A stretch of DNA of 64,000 nucleotides from Anaerovoracaceae bacterium (GCA_045546135.1 JAZQCD010000010.1:1766-65765), one strand, 5' to 3'. Counted from the stretch's first letter, positions 44,116 through 54,949 are shown. The notes: generated from the sequence alone by a model not told the origin. A program made the numbers and translations.

Positions 44116-45540
44116 ATGGAACAAAAAAGAAATTTCCTTAAGGAACAGGGAAAGTACTATGGTTATGGACTCGGAGAATTTGGATTCACATTTTTCCTGA
44201 TGTTCATAGCATATCATCTTCTGTATTTCCTTACGGATGTACTTCAGTGGCCTGCAGCACCGGCAGCTGTCGTTTACACAGTGATTCAGTGGTTCGAAAG
44301 CTCTACCAACATACTCATGGGTATATTCGTAGAGAAGGTCAATGTCAAATGGGGAAAATATCGTCCCTGGATGGTAATAGGCGCCGTAGGGTGCGCCATA
44401 TTCACAGTCCTTTTCTTCGTGGACTGGAATACAGCTCTTTGGCTTGAGATAACCCTATTCTGTCTGTTCTACCTGCTGTCATATACCTGCTATAACCTCA
44501 TGTGGGTCTCCTACAGAGCAATGGTCGGTGTAGCAGCTCTTACTGCAAAGGAGAATGTAAGCTATACTGCGAGTTCTGCCCAGCTCGGCGGTGTGTCATC
44601 TCTTCTTTATGCTCATACACTGGCGCTTCTTGTTAGAGCCTTTGTGACCATGCAGACCGGTTATATCGTATGCGCAGTTTTGTGCGGCATAGCAATGGTC
44701 GGGGGAAATCTCGTATCAGCTCGTGTTACGAGACGCTATGATAACGCTGCAACAAGAGCAAAGGATTCAAAGAGCAAGGAACAGAAGCTTTCCCTTAAGA
44801 CAGTCCTTACCTGCCTTAACAAGCCAATGGTCATATTCTTCATAGGAAATTCTCTCAGAGGATCCAACTCAGTTATCCTGCAGTCACTCCTCATATATTA
44901 CTGCACATACGTACTTCAAAAGCCTGCAGCCCTTTCAATGTACGTGACCTTGTATTCACTTACAGTTATGCTTGGGCAGACTCCTGCAGCCTTCCTTCAG
45001 AGGAAGTTCGGAAAGACCGTCATGTATCCTGTATCGGGGATCTTTTCGGTATTGTCCATACTGGCTCTCAACTATATAGGATCAAATATCATCCTTTTCT
45101 ACATATTGGTCGTAGCAAATTCCTTCTGCTGCATATTCTCAGGTTCAATGATCCCTGCATATCTCAATGAGATCGCAGACTATACAGAATTTGAAAGAGG
45201 AGTCGAAGCAAGAAGCTTCATCATCTCTATTGGAGGAACATCAAACAAGATAGCATCCAGCATAGGAGGCGCCTTTGCATCATTCGGACTTGCTCTCATA
45301 GGATATCAGGCCGGTGCAGAAGTAACTCCTGCTCTTGCGACAAGCATAGCCAGACTTATGACATACAGCTCCGCCATATGCGTAGGACTCGGTACTATAG
45401 CATTCCTCTTCTATCCTCTTACAGATAAAAAGATGGAAGCTATCTATGCAATGAAGGAAGCAAAACTCAAAGAAGCCGAAAAAGAAGCAGGTTTAGTCGT
45501 GGAGGACTCTTTGGATGAAGCAGAAGAGTCTTTGGAATAG
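44116..45540 (+). CDS. GPH-family (MelB-like glycoside-pentoside-hexuronide:cation) MFS symporter
   Basis: 474 aa with about 12 TM segments: YGYGLGEFGFTFF..LYFLTDVL and KWGKYRPWMVIGAV. Confidence 0.8.
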   Translation: MEQKRNFLKEQGKYYGYGLGEFGFTFFLMFIAYHLLYFLTDVLQWPAAPAAVVYTVIQWFESSTNILMGIFVEKVNVKWGKYRPWMVIGAVGCAIFTVLFFVDWNTALWLEITLFCLFYLLSYTCYNLMWVSYRAMVGVAALTAKENVSYTASSAQLGGVSSLLYAHTLALLVRAFVTMQTGYIVCAVLCGIAMVGGNLVSARVTRRYDNAATRAKDSKSKEQKLSLKTVLTCLNKPMVIFFIGNSLRGSNSVILQSLLIYYCTYVLQKPAALSMYVTLYSLTVMLGQTPAAFLQRKFGKTVMYPVSGIFSVLSILALNYIGSNIILFYILVVANSFCCIFSGSMIPAYLNEIADYTEFERGVEARSFIISIGGTSNKIASSIGGAFASFGLALIGYQAGAEVTPALATSIARLMTYSSAICVGLGTIAFLFYPLTDKKMEAIYAMKEAKLKEAEKEAGLVVEDSLDEAEESLE

Positions 45541-45596
45541 GTAGAAGAAAAGTAGATAAGTAGTAAAAAAGAAGTAAAGGAATGAGGGTTACAAAA

Positions 45597-46178
45597 ATGA
45601 CAAAGACACAGAACAAGATCTGTAAAGCGATGAAGGAGCTCCTAAAAGAAATGCCTTACGAGAAGATCACGGTACAGGAGATCGTAGGAAAAGCAAAGGT
45701 AAGTCGTTCGTCTTTCTATAACCACTTTGAAAGAAAGGAGGATGTCATCAGCCTCATGATCGAGCAGCTCTGCGACAATCTTGCAGGGGTCGAGGATTTT
45801 GCAGCTGTTGATACAATGGACGACGATACACTGTCCTCTGTAAGGACAAAGATCCTTGATTATTACAAAGAGCACAGAGACACGATATTACTCCTATTCA
45901 AGGCAGGGTTCGGCGGAGAATTCAGCAGGACCATAAAGATGAAGATCTACGAGATAAGACAAAGCTTTGCCTATGAGTTCGAAGATGAAAAGGGCAACAA
46001 ACAGATGCTCTCTGACGGCATACTCTATGATCTCAAGACATGGTCAGATGTAAATGATACAGTCTCTGCCTTTGAGCTCTATTACGAGAAGTATTCCGAC
46101 ATGACCAGCGCAGAATACGACAAGATGGTCAAAAAAGCAGCTCACATGACCATGACAGGGAAGTTTTACAAGAAGTAA
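45597..46178 (+). CDS. TetR-family transcriptional regulator
   Basis: N-terminal HTH (YEKITVQEIVGKAKVSRSSFYNHFERKEDV). The start at 45597 is favoured over 45582 by RBS spacing. Confidence 0.85.
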   Translation: MTKTQNKICKAMKELLKEMPYEKITVQEIVGKAKVSRSSFYNHFERKEDVISLMIEQLCDNLAGVEDFAAVDTMDDDTLSSVRTKILDYYKEHRDTILLLFKAGFGGEFSRTIKMKIYEIRQSFAYEFEDEKGNKQMLSDGILYDLKTWSDVNDTVSAFELYYEKYSDMTSAEYDKMVKKAAHMTMTGKFYKK

Positions 46179-46240
46179 AGCCTCGTATAAAACTTAGATG
46201 CATTTCATTCGCAAAAGAAATGCAAAAGATATTTAAATAT

Positions 46241-46285
46241 AAAATGGCTGTAGCCCTTTATTTTCAAGGGTCACAGCCATTTTTA
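46241..46285. terminator. bidirectional terminator
   Basis: AAAATGGCTGTAGCCCTT...AAGGGTCACAGCCATTTT. Confidence 0.75.
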
Positions 46286-46334
46286 CAAGCTCTTTTTGTC
46301 CTATATAAACCTTTTTAACTTTTCTCTTTATATA

Positions 46335-47267
46335 CTAGCCCATTGCTGCGAGTTCTTTTGCTATCTTTGCTGCGCATCTTGCATTGTTTAAAGCAAGCTG
46401 TACATTGGATTTGAAGGATTCGCCGCCTGTGAGTTCCTTTATTGTCGCAAGAAGGAACGGAGTTATGTCTTTTCCGTGTACGCCCTTTTCATCTGCCATT
46501 TCAAGAGCTTTTGTAATGATGCCTTCCATATAGTCGTAATCCTGAGCATATTCTTCCGGAACAGGATTTCCTATGAGAAGGCCGCCTTTGAGTCCAAGGT
46601 CCCAGGTGGTCTTGATTATAACTGCAACGTCCTTTGGAGAATCAGCTCTATAGTCGACTCCGAATCCGCTGTTCCTGCAGAAGAAAGCAGGGAACTGGTC
46701 TGTGCCCATTCCTATGACTGGAACTCCCATGGTCTCAAGATACTCAAGGGTCCTTCCTATATCGAGTATCTGCTTTGCTCCTGCGCATACTACAGCGACT
46801 CTAGTGTTACCGAGCTCCTGAAGGTCTGCTGAGATGTCCATAGTGTTCTGACCGTTCCTGTGGACTCCGCCTATGCCTCCTGTTGCAAATACCTTTATGC
46901 CTGCAAAGGATGCGCACATCATAGTAGATGCAACAGTCGTAGCTCCTGTTCTTTTGGTTGCAAGGTAAGCTGCAAAATCTCTTCTTGATACCTTTCCGAC
47001 ATTCTGAGCTTTGCACATGATCTCAAGTTCTTCAGGCTCAAGACCAAGTTTGATCTTTCCGTCTATTAAAGCTGCTGTAGCCGGGATGCAGCCTTCTTCT
47101 CTTATGACTTCTTCAACTTTTGCTGCAAAGTCAAGGTTCTCGGGATAGGGCATGCCGTGGCTAAGTATAGTGCTTTCAAGAGCAACGATAGGTTTGTTTT
47201 GATCAAGCGCTTCTCTTACTTCTTCTTTGATATCGAGATATTTTTCAAGTTCCATGTTCTTTTCCAT
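46335..47267 (-). CDS. psuG: pseudouridine-5'-phosphate glycosidase
   Basis: 310 aa: PIVALESTILSHGMPYPEN, VFATGGIGGVHR. No psuK-like kinase gene is adjacent in this window. Confidence 0.9.
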   Translation of the reverse strand: MEKNMELEKYLDIKEEVREALDQNKPIVALESTILSHGMPYPENLDFAAKVEEVIREEGCIPATAALIDGKIKLGLEPEELEIMCKAQNVGKVSRRDFAAYLATKRTGATTVASTMMCASFAGIKVFATGGIGGVHRNGQNTMDISADLQELGNTRVAVVCAGAKQILDIGRTLEYLETMGVPVIGMGTDQFPAFFCRNSGFGVDYRADSPKDVAVIIKTTWDLGLKGGLLIGNPVPEEYAQDYDYMEGIITKALEMADEKGVHGKDITPFLLATIKELTGGESFKSNVQLALNNARCAAKIAKELAAMG

Positions 47268-47455
47268 ATATATCGTTCTTAGACGATATATGCCTTTCTT
47301 TCAATACTTTTCGTCTTATTGTGTGCATAATAAATGCAGCATCTGCATTTTATCACGGACAATAGATATTCTCAATGAAATGGATAAATATTATGAACAG
47401 ATGGCCTCTATTTGTGCTATACTGTAAAAAAATTGTAAGTGGAGGGATCCTGAAT

Positions 47456-48859
47456 ATGGAAAACAAAAACGCATGGAACAAGTATAAAGCAAAGGACCTT
47501 AAGGACCTTAACAGAGTCTGCGAAGGATACAAGGACTTCATATCAAAGGGAAAGATCGAGCGCGAATGCGTAGAACTTACCATTGACCTTGTAAAGAAGG
47601 CAGGCTACAAGGACATAATCGAATATATAAAAAGCGGAAAAAAGCTTAAAAAAGGCGACAAGATATACGCTAACTGCATGGGAAAGACACTTGCCCTTTT
47701 CCAGATAGGTGAGGAGCCTCTTGAGCAGGGAATGAATATACTTGGCGCTCATATAGACAGCCCAAGGGCCGACATCAAGCTCAATCCTCTTTATGAAGCA
47801 GAGAACATGGCATATCTTGATACTCATTACTACGGCGGCATCAAGAAGTATCTTTGGGTAACTCAGCCCATGGCTCTTCACGGAGTCGTATGCTTAAAGG
47901 ACGGCACCACAGTAAAGGTAACGGTGGGAGACGATCCAAAGGATCCGGTATTCTGCTTTACAGACCTTCTCGTACACCTTTCCCGTCAGCAGATGTCAAA
48001 ACCTGCAAACGAAGTTGTTACAGGCGAAAACCTTGACCTTCTCGTAGGAGGACAGCCTCTTGCAAAGAGCAAGCTGGAAAAAGATCAAAAAGAAGCCGTT
48101 AAGGCAAATGTTCTTGCTATCTTAAAGAAGCAGTACGGAATAGAAGAATCTGACTTCCTCTCTGCAGAACTTACAGTAGTACCTGCAGGCGCTGCAAGAG
48201 ATTTAGGATTTGACCGCAGCATGATACTTGCATACGGACAGGACGACAAGGTATGCGCATATACATCTCTTCTTGCCATGCTCGATGAGGATAAACCTTT
48301 AAAGAGAACGTCCTGCTGCCTCATAGTAGACAAGGAGGAGATAGGATCCGTAGGCGCTACAGGTATGAGCTCACTCTTCTTTGAGAATACTGTAGCAAGA
48401 CTTGTTGCTCTTCAGGGCGGAGACGCATATGTAGGAGGACATGATGCTCTTGCTCACTCCTTCATGCTCTCATCTGACGTAAGCGCAGGCTACGATCCTC
48501 TTTACGGAGAAGCCTTCGAAAGAAAGAATGCAGCATTCCTCGGAAACGGAATGACCTACAACAAATTCACAGGTTCAGGCGGAAAGAGCGGAAGCAATGA
48601 TGCTAATGCTGAATTCGTCGCAAAGGTCAGAAAGATCATGGACGATAACGATATCTCATATCAGTTCTGCGAGCTTGGAAGAGTAGACGTCGGCGGAGGC
48701 GGTACCATAGCATATATCATGGCAAAGTACTGCATGAACGTAATAGACAGCGGCGTTGCAGTTCTTTCCATGCATGCTCCCTATGAAGTCACATCAAAGG
48801 CTGATGTTTACGAGGCATACAAGGGATACAGAGCATTTTTAAGAGATGCACAATTCTAA
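47456..48859 (+). CDS. M18-family aminopeptidase
   Basis: GAHIDSPRADIK, VDKEEIGSVGATG, LSMHAPYE. The ATG at 47456 follows GGAGGGA. Confidence 0.85.
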   Translation: MENKNAWNKYKAKDLKDLNRVCEGYKDFISKGKIERECVELTIDLVKKAGYKDIIEYIKSGKKLKKGDKIYANCMGKTLALFQIGEEPLEQGMNILGAHIDSPRADIKLNPLYEAENMAYLDTHYYGGIKKYLWVTQPMALHGVVCLKDGTTVKVTVGDDPKDPVFCFTDLLVHLSRQQMSKPANEVVTGENLDLLVGGQPLAKSKLEKDQKEAVKANVLAILKKQYGIEESDFLSAELTVVPAGAARDLGFDRSMILAYGQDDKVCAYTSLLAMLDEDKPLKRTSCCLIVDKEEIGSVGATGMSSLFFENTVARLVALQGGDAYVGGHDALAHSFMLSSDVSAGYDPLYGEAFERKNAAFLGNGMTYNKFTGSGGKSGSNDANAEFVAKVRKIMDDNDISYQFCELGRVDVGGGGTIAYIMAKYCMNVIDSGVAVLSMHAPYEVTSKADVYEAYKGYRAFLRDAQF

Positions 48860-48972
48860 GTCTTATGATATAATCGAAATAGAGTATTTTCATTGATGCT
48901 GTTTTTAGCACCGGTGATATATGTATAAGCACAATATTTATATGATAGTATCTTTTATTGGAGGATCTAGTT

Positions 48973-49347
48973 ATGGGCAAATTTGTGATCAGTGACGCAA
49001 AGAACGGCGTTAAATTCAACCTCAAAGCAGGAAACGGCGAGACCATCGCTCACTCCGAAGTCTATTCTTCTCTTGCAGCATGCAAGAAGGGCATTGCCAG
49101 CGTTATAAAGAACGCTCCTATAGCTCCTGTTGAGGATCAGACAAAGGAAGGCTACAAGGCAGAGCGCAACCCGAAGTTCGAAGTATATCAGGACAAGAAG
49201 GGTGAATTCCGCTTCCGTCTTAAAGCAAGAAACGGACAGATCATTGCAACAGGCGAAGGCTATACAACAATGAAGGCCTGCGAGAATGGTATCGCTTCTG
49301 TAAAGAAGAATGCTGCCGAGGGAAAAGTAGAGAGAGTTACTGAATAA
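48973..49347 (+). CDS. YegP-family (tandem DUF1508) protein
   Basis: Two repeats: F.LKAGNGETIAHSEVYSSLAACKKGIASV and FRLKARNGQIIATGEGYTTMKACENGIASV. Confidence 0.8.
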   Translation: MGKFVISDAKNGVKFNLKAGNGETIAHSEVYSSLAACKKGIASVIKNAPIAPVEDQTKEGYKAERNPKFEVYQDKKGEFRFRLKARNGQIIATGEGYTTMKACENGIASVKKNAAEGKVERVTE

Positions 49348-49368
49348 TCTCCCAATAATAAGTTTGAT

Positions 49369-49402
49369 ATCTGCCGGGCCGTTTTCGCCTGGCAGATTTT
49401 TT
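49369..49402 (+). terminator. intrinsic terminator
   Basis: ATCTGCCGGGC...GCCTGGCAGAT followed by TTTTTT. Confidence 0.8.
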
Positions 49403-49415
49403 GTAGGAAACAAAG

Positions 49416-50165
49416 ATGAATGAAGCATTAAAAAAGATAATAGACAGTTCAAAGAACATAGTATTCTTTGGAGGGGCCGGCGTATCCACTGAAAGCGGTA
49501 TACCTGATTTCAGATCGGAAAAGGGTCTTTACCACGCAAAGACCGAGTATGGCAGGTCTCCTGAAGATATGCTCTCCGTAGATTTCTTTGAAGAAGACCC
49601 TGTGACCTTCTTTGACTATTACAAGAAGAATCTCATAGCTACATGGGCAAAACCAAACGACGCGCACATAGCTTTGGCAAAGCTCGAGGAAACGGGAAAG
49701 CTCAAAGCTGTCATCACTCAAAATATAGACGGTCTTCACCAGATGGCAGGAAGCAAGGCTGTTTACGAACTTCACGGATCTGTTCACAGGAACCGCTGCA
49801 GATGGTGCGGCAAGAAATATGGTCTAGATTACATACTTGATGAAAAGAACTGCGTAAATGCAAAAGGTGAGATGGACGGAGTTCCAAGGTGCAGCTGCGG
49901 AGGCATCGTAAAACCTGAGGTGGTCCTTTACGGAGAGATGCTGGACGAAGACTGTATAAGGCGCTCTGTAGAGGCAATATCGAGTGCCGATACGCTCATC
50001 ATAGGAGGAACATCCCTTGCAGTATATCCGGCTGCAGGTTTTGTTCACTACTTTAGAGGAAATAACCTGGTCGTCATCAATATGTCAGCAACAGCCATGG
50101 ATCATAATGCGGATCTTGTCATCAGAGACCCCATAGGTGAAGTTTTAAAGGATATATGGATGTAA
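49416..50165 (+). CDS. cobB: NAD-dependent protein deacylase (Sir2 family)
   Basis: GAGVSTESGIPDFRS, TQNIDGLH, and a zinc ribbon (CRWCG...CSCGG). Confidence 0.9.
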   Translation: MNEALKKIIDSSKNIVFFGGAGVSTESGIPDFRSEKGLYHAKTEYGRSPEDMLSVDFFEEDPVTFFDYYKKNLIATWAKPNDAHIALAKLEETGKLKAVITQNIDGLHQMAGSKAVYELHGSVHRNRCRWCGKKYGLDYILDEKNCVNAKGEMDGVPRCSCGGIVKPEVVLYGEMLDEDCIRRSVEAISSADTLIIGGTSLAVYPAAGFVHYFRGNNLVVINMSATAMDHNADLVIRDPIGEVLKDIWM

Positions 50166-50171
50166 CAGTTC

Positions 50172-50621
50172 TTATTTATGATAAGTCTCCCCGGCATTTA
50201 TCTTGAATGCTCTGTAGACTTGCTCGAGGAGTATCACTCTCATAAGCTGGTGAGGGAAGGTAAGATCAGAAAATGAAAGCCTAAAGTCTGATGCGTTTCT
50301 GACTGTATCGTCAAAGCCGTTGGACCCGCCTATTATAAAGGTTATATCGGATCTGCCCGAAAGGCCGAGATCCGATATTTTTTGTGCAAGACCTTCCGAA
50401 GAAAGGCTTTTTCCATTTACATCCAGGGCTATGACATAAGCCCCTTTTTGTAAATGCTCAAGTATACTTTTGCTTTCTTCTTCCTTAGAATCAGACTTGC
50501 TTTCCGGAAGCTCTGTTACTTTTAGTTTGCAAAATCTCGACAGTCTCTTTATGTATTCACTTGCAGCGTCCTGCCAATACTTTTCCTTCAGTTTTCCTAT
50601 GCATATTATGTTTATATTCAT
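50172..50621 (-). CDS. rlmH: 23S rRNA (pseudouridine1915-N3)-methyltransferase
   Basis: A 149-aa SPOUT protein: IGKLKEKY..EYIKRL, IIGGSNGF, SDLTFPHQLMRVILLEQVYRA. Confidence 0.9.
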   Translation of the reverse strand: MNINIICIGKLKEKYWQDAASEYIKRLSRFCKLKVTELPESKSDSKEEESKSILEHLQKGAYVIALDVNGKSLSSEGLAQKISDLGLSGRSDITFIIGGSNGFDDTVRNASDFRLSFSDLTFPHQLMRVILLEQVYRAFKINAGETYHK

Positions 50622-50747
50622 ATGATCATCTCCTCATATATATTAACATGTCCCCATAGTCAAAAGAAAGTTATATAATTAATAACACAGTTGTGGTATA
50701 ATTCATGACTGTAAATATACCTAAGTCATTAAGGAGAAATACAAGAA

Positions 50748-51611
50748 ATGGCTAAAAGAAGATTCGGTGACCGCAGAGACGGCACCCTCATTAGAGATCT
50801 TGATTCCATGCATTACATCATGCCGCTCATGTATCCTAACAGATGCGACAACGAGGCATATATATCCGAGACCCTGGACCTTACCAACGCTATGGCATTC
50901 CTTGAAAAGAAAAATGCTGAAAAGCCGGAGTATAAATACAATGTATTTCAGCTCATAGTCACGGCCATAGTAAAGACCATAACACTAAGGCCAAAGATGA
51001 ACACTTTCATCGCTAATTACAATATGTATCAGAGGAATGAAGTTTCTGCGTCCTTCACCATAAAAAAGATATTTTCTGACAAAGGTGAAGAGGCTCTTGC
51101 ATTCATACATACAAAACCCACGGACAACCTGGAAAGCATCCATAACGAGATCTACAGGCAGGTATCCTATGTAAGGACCGGCGACAACAAGGATCAGTCT
51201 ACAGAGAGTATGGACTTTATACAAAAGCTTCCTTTCAAGAAATTCATAGGCAGAGTCGCAAGATGGCTGGAAAGACACGGCTGGATGCCAAAGGCTGTCA
51301 TCGCTACGGATCCTTACCAGTCAAGCGTTATACTTTCAAACTTAGGGTCCATAAAGCTCCATGCAGGATATCATCATCTGACAAACTGGGGCACGACTTC
51401 TGTCATGTGCATAATAGGAGAGATCAAGGACAGGAACTTTGAACTTGAAGACGGTTCTGTTGAAAGGCGCAAGAGCGTAGACATAGGTCTTACCATAGAT
51501 GAAAGACTGGCTGACGGTTACTATTATTCAGGTACTGTCAGACTCTTTAAGCATCTCGTAGAGAATCCTGAGCTTTTGGAAAGACCTCTTTGCGAGGAGG
51601 TGCAGCTGTAA
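50748..51611 (+). CDS. stand-alone E2/CAT-like acyltransferase-fold protein (paralog 2)
   Basis: 287 aa, collinear with 28512-29369 (RRDG.., GYHHLTNWGT, DERLADGYYY). Confidence 0.65.
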   Translation: MAKRRFGDRRDGTLIRDLDSMHYIMPLMYPNRCDNEAYISETLDLTNAMAFLEKKNAEKPEYKYNVFQLIVTAIVKTITLRPKMNTFIANYNMYQRNEVSASFTIKKIFSDKGEEALAFIHTKPTDNLESIHNEIYRQVSYVRTGDNKDQSTESMDFIQKLPFKKFIGRVARWLERHGWMPKAVIATDPYQSSVILSNLGSIKLHAGYHHLTNWGTTSVMCIIGEIKDRNFELEDGSVERRKSVDIGLTIDERLADGYYYSGTVRLFKHLVENPELLERPLCEEVQL

Positions 51612-52012
51612 TGAAAGAATCTTTAAGAGCTCTCAAATTCACCCTTTTCTCAATCAGTGCAGGGCTCATTGAGATAGGTACCTTTACTCTTTTAAATGAA
51701 CTTCTTCATCTTAAGTATTGGGTCAGCTACCTGATCGCTTTGACACTTTCCGTTCTTTGGAACTTTACTTTGAACAGAAAGTACACCTTCAGGTCTGCTG
51801 CAAACGTACCTGTCGCCATGCTTAAAGTAGCCCTGTTCTATGTGGTATTCACACCCCTTTCGACATGGCTTGAGCATACGCTTACAGGTATAGGCTGGAA
51901 CGAATATCTTGTTACAGCCATAAACATGGTGATAAATTTTGTGACAGAATATCTTTACCAGAGATTCTTCGTCTTTAAGGATTCGATAGATACCAATGTA
52001 AAAGAAAAATAA
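51611..52012 (+). CDS. GtrA-family membrane protein
   Basis: Four TM helices: KFTLFSISAGLIEIGTF and NFVTEYLYQRFFVF. The start overlaps the previous stop (TAATG). Confidence 0.8.
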   Translation: MKESLRALKFTLFSISAGLIEIGTFTLLNELLHLKYWVSYLIALTLSVLWNFTLNRKYTFRSAANVPVAMLKVALFYVVFTPLSTWLEHTLTGIGWNEYLVTAINMVINFVTEYLYQRFFVFKDSIDTNVKEK

Positions 52013-52063
52013 CGATCAAGCTTGATCGTTATCTCTGAATCTGCTATAGATGTTCTAAAGTGA

Positions 52064-52648
52064 TCATATCAAAGCTGTTTCTCCGTAGGCTTTTACGAGG
52101 AGCAGCTTTTTTCTTTCTTCATCTGTAAGCTTTTCAACAAAGTCTTCTGCAGTTCCGACTGCTTCGAGTCCCTTATCTTCATCTCTGTAGTGCATTGGAA
52201 TTATATATTTTGGATCTAAAACGCGAAGGATCTTAGCGGCCTGATCCGCATCTATCGTAAAGAATCCTCCTACGGGTATCATTATCAGGTCAAGTCCTTT
52301 AAGTTTTGCTGACTGCTCGTTATTTAAAAGGTGGCCGAGGTCTCCGAGATGAGCTACCTTCTTGCCTTCTGCTTCCAAAATGGTGATCCTGTTTTCGCCT
52401 CTTTTTGCTCCGTTTTCATCGTCATGAAAAGTCTCTATGAATTCTACTGTAAAAGGACTTTTTCCTCCATCTGTTATCTTTACTCCGTCCACATAGGCGT
52501 GATCGAAATGGGAATGAGAGCAAAGGACTTCGTTTGCTTCAAGATTTACATCACCAAAGCCTCTGACTCCTTTGTAAGGATCCAGTACTATGCTGTATCC
52601 ATCAGATTCAACGGTAAAACATGCATGTCCATTGTAAGTGATCTTCAT
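52064..52648 (-). CDS. metallo-beta-lactamase-fold hydrolase (UPF0173-like)
   Basis: MKITYNGHACF.., and HSHFDH as the metal motif. Confidence 0.8.
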   Translation of the reverse strand: MKITYNGHACFTVESDGYSIVLDPYKGVRGFGDVNLEANEVLCSHSHFDHAYVDGVKITDGGKSPFTVEFIETFHDDENGAKRGENRITILEAEGKKVAHLGDLGHLLNNEQSAKLKGLDLIMIPVGGFFTIDADQAAKILRVLDPKYIIPMHYRDEDKGLEAVGTAEDFVEKLTDEERKKLLLVKAYGETALI

Positions 52649-52663
52649 TACTTTTCTCTCCTT

Positions 52664-53236
52664 TTAGCAAAATGTCTTTAAGAAAGCAGGGAAGACTTCG
52701 CCTGCATATTGGCAAAGAGAATAACTGCCGCTTGAAAGGCACCAATCGTACATAAGAGCCCTTTCAAACATGGCATATCCTTTAGTTATATCGTTGGTAG
52801 TGAACTCTTTCCTGAAGATGCCCATATTCTGTGCTTCTATGGTTATCCTGCGAAGAAGCTTGTAATAGGTCCGCCCGGCATCTAGAAGGCTTCTGTCAGA
52901 GCTGGATACCAGCTGACTTGCAAGAAGCCTTCCGAGGATGTCGACGGAAACGGTATTTTCGATCATGAGAAAGAGTTCGTGGTTCATAAAGATGAGCTTA
53001 TCAAGAGGCGACAGGGACGGATCCATGGTGCTCTCAAGCTCGGCATATTTTTCATCAAAAAGATAAGAAAGAGATGCAGGAAGCGCATCTTTACCTTCAA
53101 AGTAGTGATAGAAAGAGCCTTTTGATGTTCCTGACAGCTCTACTATTTCGTCTATAGTTGTATTTTCAAAGCCCTGTGTATAGAAAAGCTGCCATGCAGC
53201 ATTGACTATGCGGCTCTTTGTATCAGATCTTTTCAA
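52664..53236 (-). CDS. TetR-family transcriptional regulator
   Basis: GFENTTIDEIVELSGTSKGSFYHYFEGKD. Confidence 0.85.
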   Translation of the reverse strand: MKRSDTKSRIVNAAWQLFYTQGFENTTIDEIVELSGTSKGSFYHYFEGKDALPASLSYLFDEKYAELESTMDPSLSPLDKLIFMNHELFLMIENTVSVDILGRLLASQLVSSSDRSLLDAGRTYYKLLRRITIEAQNMGIFRKEFTTNDITKGYAMFERALMYDWCLSSGSYSLCQYAGEVFPAFLKTFC

Positions 53237-53419
53237 AGTATATTTTTTACTCCATATTTAAGTATATACTTTAGTCTAATCTAAAATGCTTGAAATTTCA
53301 AGGGATATTTCTATTTTATCTAATATATATTCTACATTTTAATACTAACTAAATTCTGTATTTTATTCTTCTTTGTTTTTTGCTATCATCATGGAAATAC
53401 TTTTTAGGAGATCATCAAA

Positions 53420-54874
53420 ATGAAAAACACCGAAGTCATCATATTCATACTCTACCTGGCAGTAATGCTCGGCGTAGGAGTTTTCTTCTTTTTAAGATCG
53501 AAGGGCTCTGGGGAAAAGGACTATTTCCTCGGCGGCAGGAAGATGGGTCCTTGGGTCTCTGCTCTTTCCGCAGGAGCATCAGACATGAGTGCGTGGTCTC
53601 TTATGGGACTTCCGGCTTCTGTTTATGCTCTTGGCATGGGAAAGACATGGATAGCCATAGGACTCCTCATAGGATATGCCTTAAGCTGGATCATAGAAGC
53701 TCCAAGGCTCAGAAGATTTACAATAACGGCAGGGGACTCCATAACCATACCCCAGTACCTGACCAACCGCTTCCTTGCAAAGAGCAAAACCATAAGGATA
53801 CTGTGCGCTATACTCTTCCTCATAGCATATACAGTATATGCAGCATCGAGCATGAAGGCCTGCGGGACTCTCTTTAATACGGTCACGGGTATAGATGCAA
53901 AGTTTGCAATGTATCTGTCTGCAGCCATAATAGTCGCATACACATTTATGGGAGGATATTCCGCAGTATGCTGGACAGACTTTTTCCAAGGACTTCTGAT
54001 GCTGGGAGCCCTGATGCTGGCGCCGCTTTTTGCTCTTTCAGCTGTAAGAAACGGAAATGCTGTCATCACTGCAGATCAGCTTCCCGGTGGATACTGGAAC
54101 TTCTTTACTGCAAGTTACAGGGATATAATATCAGGACTTGGCTGGGGGATAGGATACTTCGGAATGCCTCATATCATAGTCAGGTTCATGTCTGTAAGGT
54201 CAGACAAGGACCTGAAGAGGTCCAGGGTAATAGGTATAGGCTGGACTGCTCTCATCCTTGGTTTCGGCGTCCTTGCAGGCGCTGTTGCAAGGCTCTTTTT
54301 AGGCGATATAGACGATTCTTCCATCATTTTTATATTGATGGTCAGAAAGCTGTTTCCTTCCGTCATATCGGGGATATTGCTCTCTGCAATATTGGCTGCT
54401 GCCATGAGTTCTGCAGACTCTCAGCTCCTTGCAGCATCATCAGCATTTTCAAGCGACATATACAAACCTATATTCAGAAAGGATGCCAAGGATAAGGAGA
54501 TGCTCTGGGCAGGAAGGCTCATAGTAGTCGTCATCGCAGTCGCTGCAGTTATAATTGCATCCAGTCCAAACAGCGGAACTGTAATGTCTCTTGTTGAATA
54601 TGCATGGGGACTTTTCGGAGCAGCATTTGGTCCGGTCATAGTTCTCTCTCTATTTTGGAAGAGACTTACCTTTGCAGGCGCTGCAGCCGGCATAGCAGCA
54701 GGAGGAGCTGTAGACATACTCTGGGCCATGTTCCTTTCGGGTACCGGAATATATGAGATAGTACCGGCATCCATAGCTGCAATTGCAGTCACAGTTTTAG
54801 TGACCTTCCTTACAAAGGAACCCTCAAAAGAAGTTTATGAATTGTTTGAAAAGGCTGAAAACAGCGAAGTCTAG
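53420..54874 (+). CDS. putP: sodium:proline symporter (SSS family)
   Basis: DYFLGGRKMGPWVSALSAGASDMSAWSLMGLP; 484 aa, about 13 TM segments. Confidence 0.85.
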   Translation: MKNTEVIIFILYLAVMLGVGVFFFLRSKGSGEKDYFLGGRKMGPWVSALSAGASDMSAWSLMGLPASVYALGMGKTWIAIGLLIGYALSWIIEAPRLRRFTITAGDSITIPQYLTNRFLAKSKTIRILCAILFLIAYTVYAASSMKACGTLFNTVTGIDAKFAMYLSAAIIVAYTFMGGYSAVCWTDFFQGLLMLGALMLAPLFALSAVRNGNAVITADQLPGGYWNFFTASYRDIISGLGWGIGYFGMPHIIVRFMSVRSDKDLKRSRVIGIGWTALILGFGVLAGAVARLFLGDIDDSSIIFILMVRKLFPSVISGILLSAILAAAMSSADSQLLAASSAFSSDIYKPIFRKDAKDKEMLWAGRLIVVVIAVAAVIIASSPNSGTVMSLVEYAWGLFGAAFGPVIVLSLFWKRLTFAGAAAGIAAGGAVDILWAMFLSGTGIYEIVPASIAAIAVTVLVTFLTKEPSKEVYELFEKAENSEV

Positions 54875-54907
54875 ATCACTTTGATGCCAAAAAGCCTGTT
54901 AACTAAA

Positions 54908-54949
54908 AAAGAGCATTACCCAAAACCTTCTTGGGTATGCTCTTTTTTA
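54908..54949. terminator. bidirectional terminator
   Basis: AAAAAAGAGCATTACCCAA...TTGGGTATGCTCTTTTTT. Confidence 0.8.

Noticed and set aside
53380-53877. 165-aa plus-strand ORF overlapping the start of putP in another frame (also 53968-54495)
   Set aside because: These are out-of-frame overlaps with a clearly recognisable SSS transporter, and they have a basic, low-complexity composition.
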